A DNA stretch of 64,000 nucleotides from the NCBI GenBank assembly GCA_049860595.1, contig CP187551.1. One strand, given 5' to 3'. This stretch comes from Methanocaldococcus sp. 16A. GTDB taxonomy: Archaea; AGJL01; Methanococci; Methanococcales; Methanocaldococcaceae. Positions within the stretch are counted from its first letter, which is position 1, and each line of letters starts with the position of its first letter. Under the pieces are notes generated by a model, which was not told where the DNA came from, made no database searches, and worked only from the letters and a program-made list of their open reading frames with translations. Below, piece after piece: positions 53,661-64,000 of this stretch. Both the position numbers and the translations under genes were made by a program.

Positions 53661-53695
53661 AAATAGCCCTCCAGTGTAATTATTGTAAGGCAAAC

Positions 53696-54220
53696 TTATT
53701 TTAATCTTATTGGATCCCAAGTTTCAATAAATCTATCAATAATTTTATCAAGAAAGCTTTCTCTGTAGGTTATTAAGATATTAACAATCTTTTCAGGATT
53801 TTTAATTTTAAAGAAACTTTCTCTTCCTATTTTTTCTTTCTCAACAATCCCTGCATTTATTAAATTATTTAAATGCCAAGATACTGTTGATGGTGATAGG
53901 TTTAAGTCTTTTGCAATGTTTTTGTTATTAGTAGATTCTCTGCTCAATAAATATAAAATAATATATCTTGATGTCCTTCTTCTTAAGAATGACATTATCT
54001 TTTTTTCATTTTCATCTAATTGGCAGTCTTTTGGAAAATATCTTACATAACCGCCATCATTTTCAGATTTTATTAGGTTTTTCTTTTCTAAATATTGGAG
54101 ATGATATTGTAAATTACCAGTGGCTATGTTTAATTTTCTTTCTAATTCTCTAAAATGAATTCCTGGATGTTTTTTTATTAAGTTGTATATCTTTCTTCTT
54201 AACTCAAGCTCTAACTCCAT
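53696..54220 (-). CDS. Double winged-HTH transcriptional regulator
   Basis: PGIHFREL...LQYHL..L and LS.STVSWHL..L...G. Confidence 0.85.
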   Translation of the reverse strand: MELELELRRKIYNLIKKHPGIHFRELERKLNIATGNLQYHLQYLEKKNLIKSENDGGYVRYFPKDCQLDENEKKIMSFLRRRTSRYIILYLLSRESTNNKNIAKDLNLSPSTVSWHLNNLINAGIVEKEKIGRESFFKIKNPEKIVNILITYRESFLDKIIDRFIETWDPIRLK

Positions 54221-54227
54221 ATTTTCC

Positions 54228-54515
54228 CTACTTATCCATAACTATCGCCATGAAAAATAATGCCAATATTATAAAATCAAGTAAATTAGCAAAAATTTCA
54301 ATAAACTCTCCTTTTTGTGGAATAAAAATATCTGAAACTTTTAGAAATCCTTTCAATGCATAAAAAAAGAAAGCCATTGATACTAAAAAAAGCTTTTTTC
54401 TACGTTCTCTATGGTATGCAATTATAGATATGGTGAATATTAAAAGTGCAAGAATACTTGATAGTAATCTTATTATCTCATCAACATCGGCAACCACTAT
54501 AAACACCTCATTCAC
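54228..54515 (-). CDS. Small three-TM membrane protein
   Basis: Hydrophobic ORF directly upstream of the wHTH gene. Confidence 0.7.
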   Translation of the reverse strand: MNEVFIVVADVDEIIRLLSSILALLIFTISIIAYHRERRKKLFLVSMAFFFYALKGFLKVSDIFIPQKGEFIEIFANLLDFIILALFFMAIVMDK

Positions 54516-54629
54516 ACAATTAAAAGATAAAAAATCAAAAATTGTTAATATAGTTTAGTTTAAATAAATCTTTTGGTTCAAAAATCGAATAATTCACCAA
54601 TAAAAAAATAAAAGTAAATTTTAAATTGT

Positions 54630-55076
54630 TTATTGCTCATTTATGCTATCGTTATTTTCTTCTTGTATGTTATCATCGTTTGTTTCTTTATCATTATCTG
54701 TTTTGTCATCATTTGTTTCTTTATCGTTTTCTATTTCATTTTCTTTTTCATTGCCGTCCTCAATCTTTAATATTTCCCCGTTTTTAGCATCCACTTTAAC
54801 ATCTTTTATACCGTTAGATGTTGAGATTTCTACACCATACACAATATTACCATCTTCATTTTCAAGCTCCACTTTAACAACTTTTCCTGGAACTTTTGAA
54901 AGTGCTATACTCTTTGCATCTTCTTCTGATATTTTTGCATATTTTGCAAGAATAACATTTTCAGAGGAATCTTCAGAATTTAATGTAGTAGTCTGTGTAT
55001 ATGTAGTGGCAAATACTGCTCCAACTCCCAATAGAGCTATTGATAGTAGTATAGCAAAGAACTTTTTAAATTCCAT
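54630..55076 (-). CDS. Secreted PepSY-domain protein with acidic repeat tail
   Basis: Signal peptide; IS.EDA..IAL..VPG.V..VELE....VY.VE...VKVDA..G.IL; NDKETNDD twice. Confidence 0.85.
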   Translation of the reverse strand: MEFKKFFAILLSIALLGVGAVFATTYTQTTTLNSEDSSENVILAKYAKISEEDAKSIALSKVPGKVVKVELENEDGNIVYGVEISTSNGIKDVKVDAKNGEILKIEDGNEKENEIENDKETNDDKTDNDKETNDDNIQEENNDSINEQ

Positions 55077-55299
55077 ATTTCCACCAATTTTAAATTTTTT
55101 GCGTGTTTCATTGGAGCCACTCTAAGTGACTCCACTATTATCTGTATTTATCTACTAATAAATTGTTTTTGGTTCAAAACTCAAAGATTAGTACAATTTT
55201 AGAAGAATATGGTTTCTTAGATTGAATTATGGTAGGTGGATAAAATTTTATATATTGAATTTTCATAATCTATTTTAACAAAAATCTAAAAAATTAAAA

Positions 55300-56538
55300 A
55301 TGGAGGGAGGGAGAATTAAAAGAAGAGCACTTTTAGTTTTAAGAAAAGATAGTAAGTTTGACAATAAAAGTATAGAAGAACTAAAAGAATTGGCTGAAGT
55401 CCTTTACAATCCAATAAAAACAGTAGTCCAAATAAGAAAGCCGGACCCAAAATATCAAATTGGTAGTGGATTAGTAGAGAGAATAGCTGAAAAAATTAAA
55501 GAGGAGAATATAGACATTGTTATAGTTGGGAATCAGCTAACACCTTCACAAAAATATAACTTGGCTAAGAAATTTAAGGTTGAAGTTATTGATAAGATTG
55601 AACTTGTTTTGAGAATATTTTATAAGCATGCGAGAACTAAAGAAGCTCAATTACAAGTTAGATTGGCAGAGTTGCAGTATGAATTGCCAAGAGCGAGGGA
55701 AATGGTTAGGTTAGCTAAGATGGGGGAGCAACCAGGATTTGGAGGATATGGAGATTATGAAGTTGAAAAATACTATCAGAAAGTAAAGAGGGAAATTTCA
55801 AGTATAAAGAAGAAATTAGAAAAGCTTAGAGAACATAGAAGGATAACAAGAAAGAGCAGAGAGAAATTTGATTCAGTAGGTTTGATTGGGTATACAAACG
55901 CAGGAAAAACAAGTTTATTAAATGCTCTAACTGGAGAAAGCAAAGAATCAAAAAATCAAGTTTTTACAACATTAACTACCACAACAAGGGCTATAAAGGG
56001 CATTAAAAGGAAGATATTAGTTACTGACACAGTTGGATTTATCGATGATTTGCCACCATTTATGATTGAGGCATTTTTATCAACAATTGAGGAAAGTGCA
56101 GATAGTGATTTAATTTTGATTGTTGTAGATGCATCTGATGATATTGAAGAAATTAAAAGAAAATTAAAGGTAAATCATGAAATTCTAAGTAAAATTAATT
56201 GCAAATCACCAATAATAACTGTATTTAACAAAGTAGATAAAATTACAGAAGAAAAAAAGAAAAAGATTTTGGAGGAATTGAATAGATACATTGTAAATCC
56301 AATATTTGTTTCTGCAAAATATAATATAAATATTGATTTGTTAATTGAGAAAATTATTGATAATTTAAACTTATCAATAGGAACAATAGAGACAAACAAT
56401 CCAAAACTCATATCTTATTTATATGAGAATACTGAGATTATTGAAGACATTTTAGATGAAGATAAACACATAATAACATTTAGAGCTAAAGAAAGAGATG
56501 TAAATAGAATTTTAAAGTTGTATAAAACTACAGCATAA
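55300..56538 (+). CDS. hflX: GTPase HflX
   Basis: EAQLQV.LA.L.Y, GYTNAGKT, DTVGF, NKVD. Confidence 0.96.
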   Translation: MEGGRIKRRALLVLRKDSKFDNKSIEELKELAEVLYNPIKTVVQIRKPDPKYQIGSGLVERIAEKIKEENIDIVIVGNQLTPSQKYNLAKKFKVEVIDKIELVLRIFYKHARTKEAQLQVRLAELQYELPRAREMVRLAKMGEQPGFGGYGDYEVEKYYQKVKREISSIKKKLEKLREHRRITRKSREKFDSVGLIGYTNAGKTSLLNALTGESKESKNQVFTTLTTTTRAIKGIKRKILVTDTVGFIDDLPPFMIEAFLSTIEESADSDLILIVVDASDDIEEIKRKLKVNHEILSKINCKSPIITVFNKVDKITEEKKKKILEELNRYIVNPIFVSAKYNINIDLLIEKIIDNLNLSIGTIETNNPKLISYLYENTEIIEDILDEDKHIITFRAKERDVNRILKLYKTTA

Positions 56539-56547
56539 ATTTTTTAG

Positions 56548-57399
56548 GTGATGAGGTTGGATGTATTAAAAAATTTACCTATTACAGACAATCATATCCA
56601 TGTTGATGATAAAAATGGATATGGAGCTGAGAAAGTTGCTAAAACATTCTATAATGCTGGAGGAAAGGTGATGATAGTTTTAAATAAACCAACATTTGAT
56701 GGGGATTTAACAAAATCAATGGATGTATTGGTTAAAGATGTAGAGAGAATAAATAAAAACACACCTGTTAAGGCTTTTGGTTTAGTTGGAGTACATCCTG
56801 CTGAATTAACATATTTAATAAAATTTATAAGCTTAGATAAAGCAAAACAAAAGATTATTGATGCCTTAAATTATGCAAAAAAGCTTATTGAGGAGAATGA
56901 TTTTATTGTTGGTATTGGAGAGGTTGGAAGGCCACATTATAATGTAGATGAAAATGTTTGGAAAGTTTCAAATGAGATTTTAAAATATTGCATGTGTTTA
57001 GCCAAAGATTTAGATTGTGCTATACAAATTCACGCAGAGAGTTCTACAGAAGAGCAATTTAAAGAATTTTCTGAAATGGCTAAAGAAGTTAATTTAAATC
57101 CTGAAAGAGTTGTAAAACATCACTGTGGGGATATGGTGGTAGAGGGAGAGAAGTATGGAATATTTCCATCAATTTTAGCTTCAAGAGTAAATGAAGATAT
57201 TATTAAAAAATCTCTAAGGTTTGTTATGGAAACTGACTACATAGATGATTTAAAGAGACCCGGTGTTGTTTTGGGAATAAAAACAGTTCCAAGAGTTACA
57301 AGAAAATTAATTGAAAAGGGGATTTTAAATGAAGAGATGATTTATAAAATTCATAAAGAGAATATAGAAAAGATTTACAATATAGATTTAGAATTTTAA
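56548..57399 (+). CDS. TatD-related metal-dependent hydrolase
   Basis: DNHIH, GVHP, GEVGRPH, HAE, ETDY. Confidence 0.82.
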   Translation: MMRLDVLKNLPITDNHIHVDDKNGYGAEKVAKTFYNAGGKVMIVLNKPTFDGDLTKSMDVLVKDVERINKNTPVKAFGLVGVHPAELTYLIKFISLDKAKQKIIDALNYAKKLIEENDFIVGIGEVGRPHYNVDENVWKVSNEILKYCMCLAKDLDCAIQIHAESSTEEQFKEFSEMAKEVNLNPERVVKHHCGDMVVEGEKYGIFPSILASRVNEDIIKKSLRFVMETDYIDDLKRPGVVLGIKTVPRVTRKLIEKGILNEEMIYKIHKENIEKIYNIDLEF

Positions 57400-57405
57400 C
57401 TTTAT

Positions 57406-57699
57406 TTACTCTTTATCTTTTTCTTTTAACATTTCATTAATCTCTTTTTCCATCATGTGTCCTTCAACAACAACTTCTACACTTTTAACTCCTTCTAATG
57501 ATTTAACAGCATCTTTTGCTTGAAATGCCATTCCTAAGACGCTCATACACGCTGGATTAGTTGGAATTAATTTAAATTTAACATTTCCTTCATCATCAAC
57601 TTCTAAATCTCTAACTAAGCCCATATCTACAATACTAATTCCCATGTGTGGGTCTGCAACTGTTTTTAAAGCCTTTATAACATCTTCTTTGGTTACCAC
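57406..57699 (-). CDS. DUF59 / SufT-MIP18 Fe-S assembly protein
   Basis: V.DP...SIVDMGLV, PTNPAC. Confidence 0.87.
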   Translation of the reverse strand: MVTKEDVIKALKTVADPHMGISIVDMGLVRDLEVDDEGNVKFKLIPTNPACMSVLGMAFQAKDAVKSLEGVKSVEVVVEGHMMEKEINEMLKEKDKE

Positions 57700-57810
57700 A
57701 TTTACACCTCAAAAGTTTTTTAAATCAATCGAATAATTTTTAGTATTAATTCATCTTATAAATATCTATTTAACTGCATTTATACTCTTTTTTACACATA
57801 AGTGGAAAAA

Positions 57811-59418
57811 TCATTCCACATATCTCGCTCTCTTTTCAACATCTTTCATCAAATCTAATATAATTTCCCATCTATCATAGACGCTTTTATAACCTTCTAA
57901 GAATTTATCCCAAATTTCCTGAAACTTTTCATGGTGTGTTGATAACACAGCTTTTTTAAAGACTATTAAATCAACAGCTTTATCCTCATCAAGATTTGAA
58001 ATCTTTCCTAAACCAAAGTCAATAATATAGAGATTTCCATCATATAAAAAGTTAGATGTGGTTAAATCATTATGAATTATATCATTTTTATGTAATTTTC
58101 CAACGATTTCTCCAATTTTATAGGCGATATCTAAGTTATCTTCAATAACATCTTTAGCTAATTTTCCATTAATATAGCTCATCATAATTCTTTTATTGTA
58201 TAAATCAACATCAAAGATGTATGGTGCTGGGATGCCAAAATCTTTAACCATTGCTAAATATCTTGCCTCTCTTGCTGTTCTACTTTTTCTTATCTTCTCA
58301 TCTAATCTCTCATCTCTATAGCTTTTTTTAACCCTCTCTTTTATTATAACATCAAAATCCAAATACTTATCTTTTTTAATATCTGCCTCTGCCCCTTTGC
58401 CAATTAAATGTTCTGGAATCTTCCTCTCTTTACCTTTAATTTCTTTTATCCAATTAACTTCAACCATATCAGTCCTATAGTTTGGAATTACCTTTGTTTC
58501 ATCTAAACTCATAAATTTTCCATTTTTATGCATTAACAAACCAAGCCATGCAATCATAGCTCCATTATCTCCACAAAATTCTTTTGGTGGCACATAGAAC
58601 TCTACATTCTGCCCTTCACACATTGCTTTTAACATATCTCTCAATCTGTTATTTGCCGCAACACCACCAACAAGCATAACCTCTCCTTTATTTGTGTGAG
58701 CTAAAGCTCTTTCAGTTATTTCAGTAAGCATTGAGAATGCATATTCTTGTAGAGAATAGCAGATATCCTCCAATCTCTCTCCAGCGTCATAAGCCCTCAT
58801 AGCGGCAGTTAATAAACCTGAAAAGGCGATGTCCATTCCTTTAACTGTATATGGCAAATCAATTAATTTTTTTCCTTTCTTTGCTAATTCCTCTATATAA
58901 GGTCCCCCAGGATGTGGAAGATTTATATATCTTGCAAACTGGTCTAAGCAGTTACCAACGGCTATATCTAATGTCTCTCCAAAGACCCTATATTTTTTTG
59001 AAACATAAGCTATAACTTGAGTGTTTCCTCCACTAACATATAGGGTTAGAGGGTCTTCAGCTTCAGTAGTTAATTTACCAATTTCTATATGAGCTATGCA
59101 GTGATTAACTCCAATTATTGGTTTTTTTAATGTTAAAGAGAGAGTTCTTGCTACTGTTGCAGTTACTCTTAAACTTGGCCCTAATCCTGGACCTTGAGAA
59201 AAGGCAATCAAATCAATCTCATTTTTATCTACAACTTCAAAAGCCTCTTTTATAAGCTTAGGAAATGTTTCAGCATGATGGTCAGCGGCTTCTCTTGGAT
59301 TAATTCCTTGTTTTGGAGGTTTATACAATATAGTTTTGTTAAATAAAACTTCTCCATCTGAAGTAACAATTCCTACTCCAGTTTTTTCTGCAGTTCCTTC
59401 TAATCCTAAACAAATCAT
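57811..59418 (-). CDS. KEOPS Kae1-Bud32 fusion (t6A synthesis)
   Basis: [22 protein letters not shown]; kinase [16 protein letters not shown]. Confidence 0.95.
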   Translation of the reverse strand: MICLGLEGTAEKTGVGIVTSDGEVLFNKTILYKPPKQGINPREAADHHAETFPKLIKEAFEVVDKNEIDLIAFSQGPGLGPSLRVTATVARTLSLTLKKPIIGVNHCIAHIEIGKLTTEAEDPLTLYVSGGNTQVIAYVSKKYRVFGETLDIAVGNCLDQFARYINLPHPGGPYIEELAKKGKKLIDLPYTVKGMDIAFSGLLTAAMRAYDAGERLEDICYSLQEYAFSMLTEITERALAHTNKGEVMLVGGVAANNRLRDMLKAMCEGQNVEFYVPPKEFCGDNGAMIAWLGLLMHKNGKFMSLDETKVIPNYRTDMVEVNWIKEIKGKERKIPEHLIGKGAEADIKKDKYLDFDVIIKERVKKSYRDERLDEKIRKSRTAREARYLAMVKDFGIPAPYIFDVDLYNKRIMMSYINGKLAKDVIEDNLDIAYKIGEIVGKLHKNDIIHNDLTTSNFLYDGNLYIIDFGLGKISNLDEDKAVDLIVFKKAVLSTHHEKFQEIWDKFLEGYKSVYDRWEIILDLMKDVEKRARYVE

Positions 59419-59523
59419 AGTATCACTCAAATTGAAAGATTTTATCTTTAAAAAATAGTTAATATACATTCAATAATATAGTGGCATCCTTAAAAAAGTT
59501 TAAAAAAGTTTTATTTTAAAAAT

Positions 59524-60456
59524 TTATTCAAATTCAATGGTTGCTGGTGGTTTGTCAGTTATGTCAAACACAACTCTTGCTACATTAGGTATTTCTGAAG
59601 TGATTCTTTTACTAATTCTTTTTAACAAATCAAAAGGAATCTCTGGAACATGGGCAGTCATTGCATCTAAAGATTTAACCATCCTTAAAGCAACAATCCA
59701 GTTGTATTCCCTTTCATCTCCTTTAACTCCCGTAGCTTTGCAATCTAAAACAACAGCAAAATATTGCCATAAATCTTTATCTAAATTAGCTTTTTTAACT
59801 TCTTCTTCAACTATTGCGTTTGCCTCCCTGCAGATGTTTAATTTTTCTTCTGTAACCTCTCCTAAGACTCTAACAGCCAATCCAGGACCTGGGAATGGTT
59901 GCCTATAGACAATACTATCTGGCAATCCCAATTCCTTAGCTAATAATCTAACCTCATCTTTGTATAGCTCTCTCAATGGCTCAACAACTTCCAAAACCAT
60001 TCCATGAGGCAAAGCTACATTGTGATGGCTCTTTATATTTCCTTTTGTTTCAATCCAATCTGGGGCTATAGTTCCCTGAACTAAAACCTCTGCTTTAATT
60101 TCTTCAGCAATCTCTTCAAAAACATCAATAAATAACTTTCCTATAATCTTTCTTTTCTCTTCTGGGTCTGTAACTCCTCTTAAAGCATTTAAAAATCTAT
60201 CTTTTGCATCAACAACTATTAAATTTAATCCTAATTTATCTCTAAATGTTTTTTCAACTTCTTCCCTCTCTCCTTTTCTCATTAATCCAGTATCTACAAA
60301 TACAGCAGTTAGCTTATCTCCAATAGCTTTGTGGGTTAAGACGGCAGCAACAGAGCTATCCACTCCTCCACTTAAAGCAATTATTGCTTTTCTATCACCA
60401 ATTTGTTGTTTTATCTCTTTTACAGCCTCTTCAATAAATTTCTGTGGGTTAAACAT
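59524..60456 (-). CDS. guaAB: GMP synthase subunit B (ATP pyrophosphatase)
   Basis: SGGVDSS, IKSHHNV, PFPGPGL, KPPATIE. Confidence 0.95.
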   Translation of the reverse strand: MFNPQKFIEEAVKEIKQQIGDRKAIIALSGGVDSSVAAVLTHKAIGDKLTAVFVDTGLMRKGEREEVEKTFRDKLGLNLIVVDAKDRFLNALRGVTDPEEKRKIIGKLFIDVFEEIAEEIKAEVLVQGTIAPDWIETKGNIKSHHNVALPHGMVLEVVEPLRELYKDEVRLLAKELGLPDSIVYRQPFPGPGLAVRVLGEVTEEKLNICREANAIVEEEVKKANLDKDLWQYFAVVLDCKATGVKGDEREYNWIVALRMVKSLDAMTAHVPEIPFDLLKRISKRITSEIPNVARVVFDITDKPPATIEFE

Positions 60457-60499
60457 AAAGATATCACCTTTAAATTATTTTAAATATGACTAAAGTATT

Positions 60500-60555
60500 T
60501 ATGATGCTAAAAGTATCACTTTGTATTTAAAAATTTTTCCTGCGAAAGTTCTATT
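60500..60555. repeat. Degenerate family-A element (one arm plus hairpin)
   Basis: TGCGAAAGTTCTATT at 60541-60555; TGATGCT...AGTATCA hairpin. Confidence 0.6.
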
Positions 60556-60557
60556 AA

Positions 60558-60917
60558 TTATTTTTCTTCTTTCTCAACATTTTCACCATTATTTTCATCT
60601 TCTTCTAATATAATAATGTTTTTCTTACAGCTGTTTAGATGTTTAAAAGCATTTTCTTCAAGTTTTTTAGCTAAATTTTTTGGAACATTATCCATATTAT
60701 TAGCCAAATAACTGGCTACACAGGCAGATAATAGTAATATAGCAGCTTTTTGTTCACTTTTAAGTCGATGAATATGATGGGGTTTAATATCTAAAGTTTC
60801 ATAGATTTCGAATAATTTTTTGCATTCATTATTTGTATTTTCAAAATCATCGTTTATAATTTCTTTTACAACATAAACAAAAAATTGATGAAGTTTCATT
60901 AACTGTTCTTTGTGCAT
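60558..60917 (-). CDS. UPF0058 family protein
   Basis: MHKEQL..LHQ, I.PHHIHR.K.E.K.AI. Confidence 0.85.
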   Translation of the reverse strand: MHKEQLMKLHQFFVYVVKEIINDDFENTNNECKKLFEIYETLDIKPHHIHRLKSEQKAAILLLSACVASYLANNMDNVPKNLAKKLEENAFKHLNSCKKNIIILEEDENNGENVEKEEK

Positions 60918-61005
60918 GTTATCACTTTAAATATTAAAGAAGAAATTTAAAACTTAAGATTAATAATAAAATTGGCTAAGAAATATATAAAATTTTGGTG
61001 AGATT

Positions 61006-62277
61006 ATGAGAGATATTATTAATAAGCTTAGCCCCATTATAATAGAAAAAGCTGACAAAAGGTTTGGAGTTTCAAGAATATTAAAGAAGTATGATGGAAA
61101 GCCAGTGTATATAAAAGACGTAAATGGATTTGAGGTTGTAGGAAATCTCTGCAGTAGAGAAACTCTCTCAAAGATTTTTAATGTAAAGAAAGAGGATTTT
61201 ATATTCTTTATGATAGATGCAATGGAAAAAGAAAAAGAAGGGATATTAAAGATAAATAACAAATTGAAAGAAAAATACATTATTGAAAGTCCAGAGAAGA
61301 TTAAGAATTGGCCTATTCCAATCTATTATGAAAAAGATGCCGGACCTTATATAACAAGTGGTGTTGTTGTTGTAAATGATAAAGATTATGGTTGTAATTT
61401 ATCAATCCATAGGATTTTGGTTAAAGACAATCATTTAGTTATAAGAATGGTTGAGCAGAGGCATTTACACTTTTTATATACTAACGCAATAAAAGAGAAA
61501 GGTTATTTAGATGTGGCTATAATTATAGGGGTTCATCCAGCTGTTTTGTTAGCTGGCTCTACTTCAGCAGATATAACATTTGATGAGCTTAAATTTGCAG
61601 CTGCTTTGTTGGGTGGAGAAATAGAGGTATTTGAGCTAAATAACGGTTTATTAGTACCAGAGGCAGAGTTTATTATTGAGGGAAAAATATTGCCAGAAAT
61701 GGATGATGAAGGGCCTTTTGTGGATATAACTGGAACTTATGATATTGTTAGGAAGCAGCCAATAATTAAAATTGAAAGATTGTATAGAAAAGAAAAGCCA
61801 ATATTTCATGCTCTATTGCCAGGAGGAATTGAGCATAAGACATTGATGGGTATGCCTCAAGAGCCGAGAATTTTAAAAGGAGTAAGAAATACTGTTCCAA
61901 CAGTGAAGAATGTTGTTTTAACTGAAGGAGGCTGCTGTTGGCTTCATGCTGTAGTGCAAATAGAAAAAAGAACAGAAGGAGATGGAAAAAATGCTATATT
62001 GGCAGCTTTTGCATCACATCCAAGTTTAAAACATGTAGTTGTTGTTGATGATGACATAAATATTTTTGATATAAATGATGTTGAGTATGCAATAGCTACA
62101 AGGGTGCAAGGAGATAAAGACATTGTTATAATCCCTGGAGCAAAAGGTTCATCTTTAGACCCTTCAAGTGATTTAAAAAATAAATTAACTGCAAAAGTAG
62201 GGATAGATGCAACAATGAGCTTAGTTAAAGGAAAAGAGCATTTTGAAAGGGCTAAGATTCCTGATGATTTAGAATGA
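61006..62277 (+). CDS. UbiD-family decarboxylase
   Basis: DAGPYIT, SIHR, EGPF.D.TG.Y, GSSLDPS. Confidence 0.9.
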   Translation: MRDIINKLSPIIIEKADKRFGVSRILKKYDGKPVYIKDVNGFEVVGNLCSRETLSKIFNVKKEDFIFFMIDAMEKEKEGILKINNKLKEKYIIESPEKIKNWPIPIYYEKDAGPYITSGVVVVNDKDYGCNLSIHRILVKDNHLVIRMVEQRHLHFLYTNAIKEKGYLDVAIIIGVHPAVLLAGSTSADITFDELKFAAALLGGEIEVFELNNGLLVPEAEFIIEGKILPEMDDEGPFVDITGTYDIVRKQPIIKIERLYRKEKPIFHALLPGGIEHKTLMGMPQEPRILKGVRNTVPTVKNVVLTEGGCCWLHAVVQIEKRTEGDGKNAILAAFASHPSLKHVVVVDDDINIFDINDVEYAIATRVQGDKDIVIIPGAKGSSLDPSSDLKNKLTAKVGIDATMSLVKGKEHFERAKIPDDLE

Positions 62278-62949
62278 TTTAAGCTTAATAATTAATTCCC
62301 CAAACAATTTTTCCTGAATTAACTCTGCCTTTCCATCATTAGCTAAGTATAAAGAGGGTATAAAATACCTTACTCTCTCTTCCTTTGTTTTAAACCTTTC
62401 CTGATAGATTATAATCCCCTCTTTCATTAAATCTTCTAAGAGTTCTGCTATTATGTCTGAAATATCTTCATCTTCTATAAGCTCTTCTATAATCTCTTCA
62501 ACTTCATTTGTCTTCTTCTTTCTCTTTCTCGATTTTTTTACTTTATTTAACTCTTTCTCGATAGTTTTAATTAATTCATCAACAGTAACTGGTTTTTTAC
62601 TTTTTTTATTTTTTTCTTTATCCTCTTTTTCCTTTTTTCTGCTTTTTTTGGATTTATTTTCTATCCCATCATCGTAGTAATAATCATCATAGTAATCATA
62701 ATCATCTTCATCTTCTTCAACTTTGCATTCATCATATAAAGCTTCAGATTTCATTCTCAATAAGATGCCACCAACAAGAATAACATCGGCAGACAACCTA
62801 ATATCAAATTTTTTAAGCTCTTTGATTTTTTGTATATAATAATCTGCTACTTCAGCAATATTAACATCCCAAGGGTTTAGATTTTTCTTCTCTATTCCCT
62901 CTTTAATCATTCTAACCCAAAAAACAATGTCAAAATTGGCATCAACCAT
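62269..62949 (-). CDS. scpA: Segregation and condensation protein A (kleisin)
   Basis: NPWDVNI, LLRMKSE, T..ELI, FIPSLYL...G....Q..LFG. Confidence 0.85.
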   Translation of the reverse strand: MVDANFDIVFWVRMIKEGIEKKNLNPWDVNIAEVADYYIQKIKELKKFDIRLSADVILVGGILLRMKSEALYDECKVEEDEDDYDYYDDYYYDDGIENKSKKSRKKEKEDKEKNKKSKKPVTVDELIKTIEKELNKVKKSRKRKKKTNEVEEIIEELIEDEDISDIIAELLEDLMKEGIIIYQERFKTKEERVRYFIPSLYLANDGKAELIQEKLFGELIIKLKSF

Positions 62950-62958
62950 AATAATCCC

Positions 62959-63420
62959 TTATTTATCCTTAATTTTTTCAACAACTCTAATTCCAAAAAT
63001 TTTCGTCTCTGGATAATTCCCAGTTTCGTCTTTTTCAACAGATTTAACCATATCCCAAATTGTCAATAAAGCTATAGAGACACCAGTCAAAGCTTCCATT
63101 TCAATTCCTGTCTTATATGTAGTTTTTACTGAACAAGTAGCTTTTATTTTATCTTCAAATATTTCAAAATCAATATTTACTGAAGTTATTGGTATAGGAT
63201 GGCACATTGGAATTAGCTCATAAGTTTTTTTAACTGCCAAGATTCCGGCTATTTGGGCAGTTGTTAAGACATTCCCTTTTTTAATTTTTTGTTCTTTTAT
63301 CAATTTAATTGTTTCAGGTTTTAATTTTATATAACCTTCAGCAATACAAAACCTCTCAACATCTTCTTTTTTAGAGATATCAACCATCTTAACTCCTTTA
63401 TCATCAACATGAGTTAGCAT
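62959..63420 (-). CDS. moaC: Cyclic pyranopterin monophosphate synthase
   Basis: [28 protein letters not shown]. Confidence 0.96.
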   Translation of the reverse strand: MLTHVDDKGVKMVDISKKEDVERFCIAEGYIKLKPETIKLIKEQKIKKGNVLTTAQIAGILAVKKTYELIPMCHPIPITSVNIDFEIFEDKIKATCSVKTTYKTGIEMEALTGVSIALLTIWDMVKSVEKDETGNYPETKIFGIRVVEKIKDK

Positions 63421-63483
63421 TTAATCACCACTACTTTATTAAACTAAATACAACAGTATATAACAGTTATATAAAATAATATA

Positions 63484-63582
63484 ATTAAGACTTTCGCACT
63501 TTATATTACTTAATTAAGGAAAATATGATGCCAAGGACATTAAATTCACATTTCAATATTTATTACTTGCGAAAGTTCTATA
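63484..63582. repeat. Family-A palindromic element (degenerate)
   Basis: GACTTTCGCA ... TGCGAAAGTTCTA about 98 bp apart. Confidence 0.78.
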
Positions 63583-63640
63583 TATAAATCATTTTTAAAT
63601 ATATTTATATATGTAAGTTTAAAGTTTATTGGTGATTATC

Positions 63641-64000
63641 ATGGATGAAAAGACAAAGTTAATGAGATGTATCATTGAAAGAATTTTAGATGAACACAAC
63701 AAAGGAAAAATTTTAGATAAAAAGAGAATAGAGCAGATTAAAGCGGAGTGCTTAAGAATACATAGAATTGGTATTGGGCATCCATCAAACTCTGAAATTT
63801 TGCAGTATGCTACTGAAGAAGAAAAGAAAGTGTTAATTCCAATATTAAGAAAAAAACCAGTTAGAACAATCTCTGGTGTTGCAGTTGTTGCTGTCATGAC
63901 CTCTCCAGAAAAATGTCCTCATGGAAAGTGTATGTTCTGTCCAGGAGGAGTTGGAAGTGTGTTTGGAGATGTACCTCAAAGCTATACTGGAAGAGAACCA
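63641..64000 (+). CDS. elp3: Elp3 radical-SAM tRNA acetyltransferase, 5' part (runs off window)
   Basis: KPVRTISGVAVVAVMT..CPHGKC.FCPGG...PQSYTG.EP. Confidence 0.93.
   Translation, partial: MDEKTKLMRCIIERILDEHNKGKILDKKRIEQIKAECLRIHRIGIGHPSNSEILQYATEEEKKVLIPILRKKPVRTISGVAVVAVMTSPEKCPHGKCMFCPGGVGSVFGDVPQSYTGREP

Noticed and set aside
62640-62720. TCA/TAA-rich short repeats
   Set aside because: Low-complexity Asp/Tyr/Glu linker of ScpA, not an array.

Overview
AT-rich chromosomal window from a hyperthermophilic methanogenic archaeon. Gene content, gene order and the CRISPR repeat point to Methanocaldococcus. Most of it is housekeeping backbone (glyA, aksF, serB, purS/purC/purP, cdhD/E, rnhB, trmI, aIF2-alpha, nop10, pyrE, cca, asnB, cobY, dapF, hel308, hflX, kae1-bud32, GMP synthase, scpA, moaC, elp3). 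It also holds selenocysteine machinery (Sec-containing selD with a 3' SECIS, and tRNA-Sec), an orphan 9-repeat CRISPR array, two IS6-type copies, a GATC-type restriction-modification pair, an orphan Type ISP specificity domain, a GC-rich ncRNA candidate and several ~100-bp palindromic repeat elements. A ~15 kb accessory block between hel308 and hflX carries a nitrogenase cluster (nifH-I1-I2-D-K, small accessory ORFs, nifE without nifN), modABC and a PepSY/wHTH/DedA-PAP2 module. Best new leads: (1) a perfect 22-bp long-range duplex in selD mRNA that would tether the 3' SECIS next to the Sec UGA codon; (2) a homoaconitase small-subunit homolog next to nifH, with an NrpR-type box and a YLRT->YLKT specificity-loop change; (3) HypC-like and stand-alone ATP-cone proteins inside the nif operon; (4) a five-fold repeated operator-BRE-TATA cassette that outlines the nitrogen regulon. 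All product calls come from motif recognition and recall; no database search was run.
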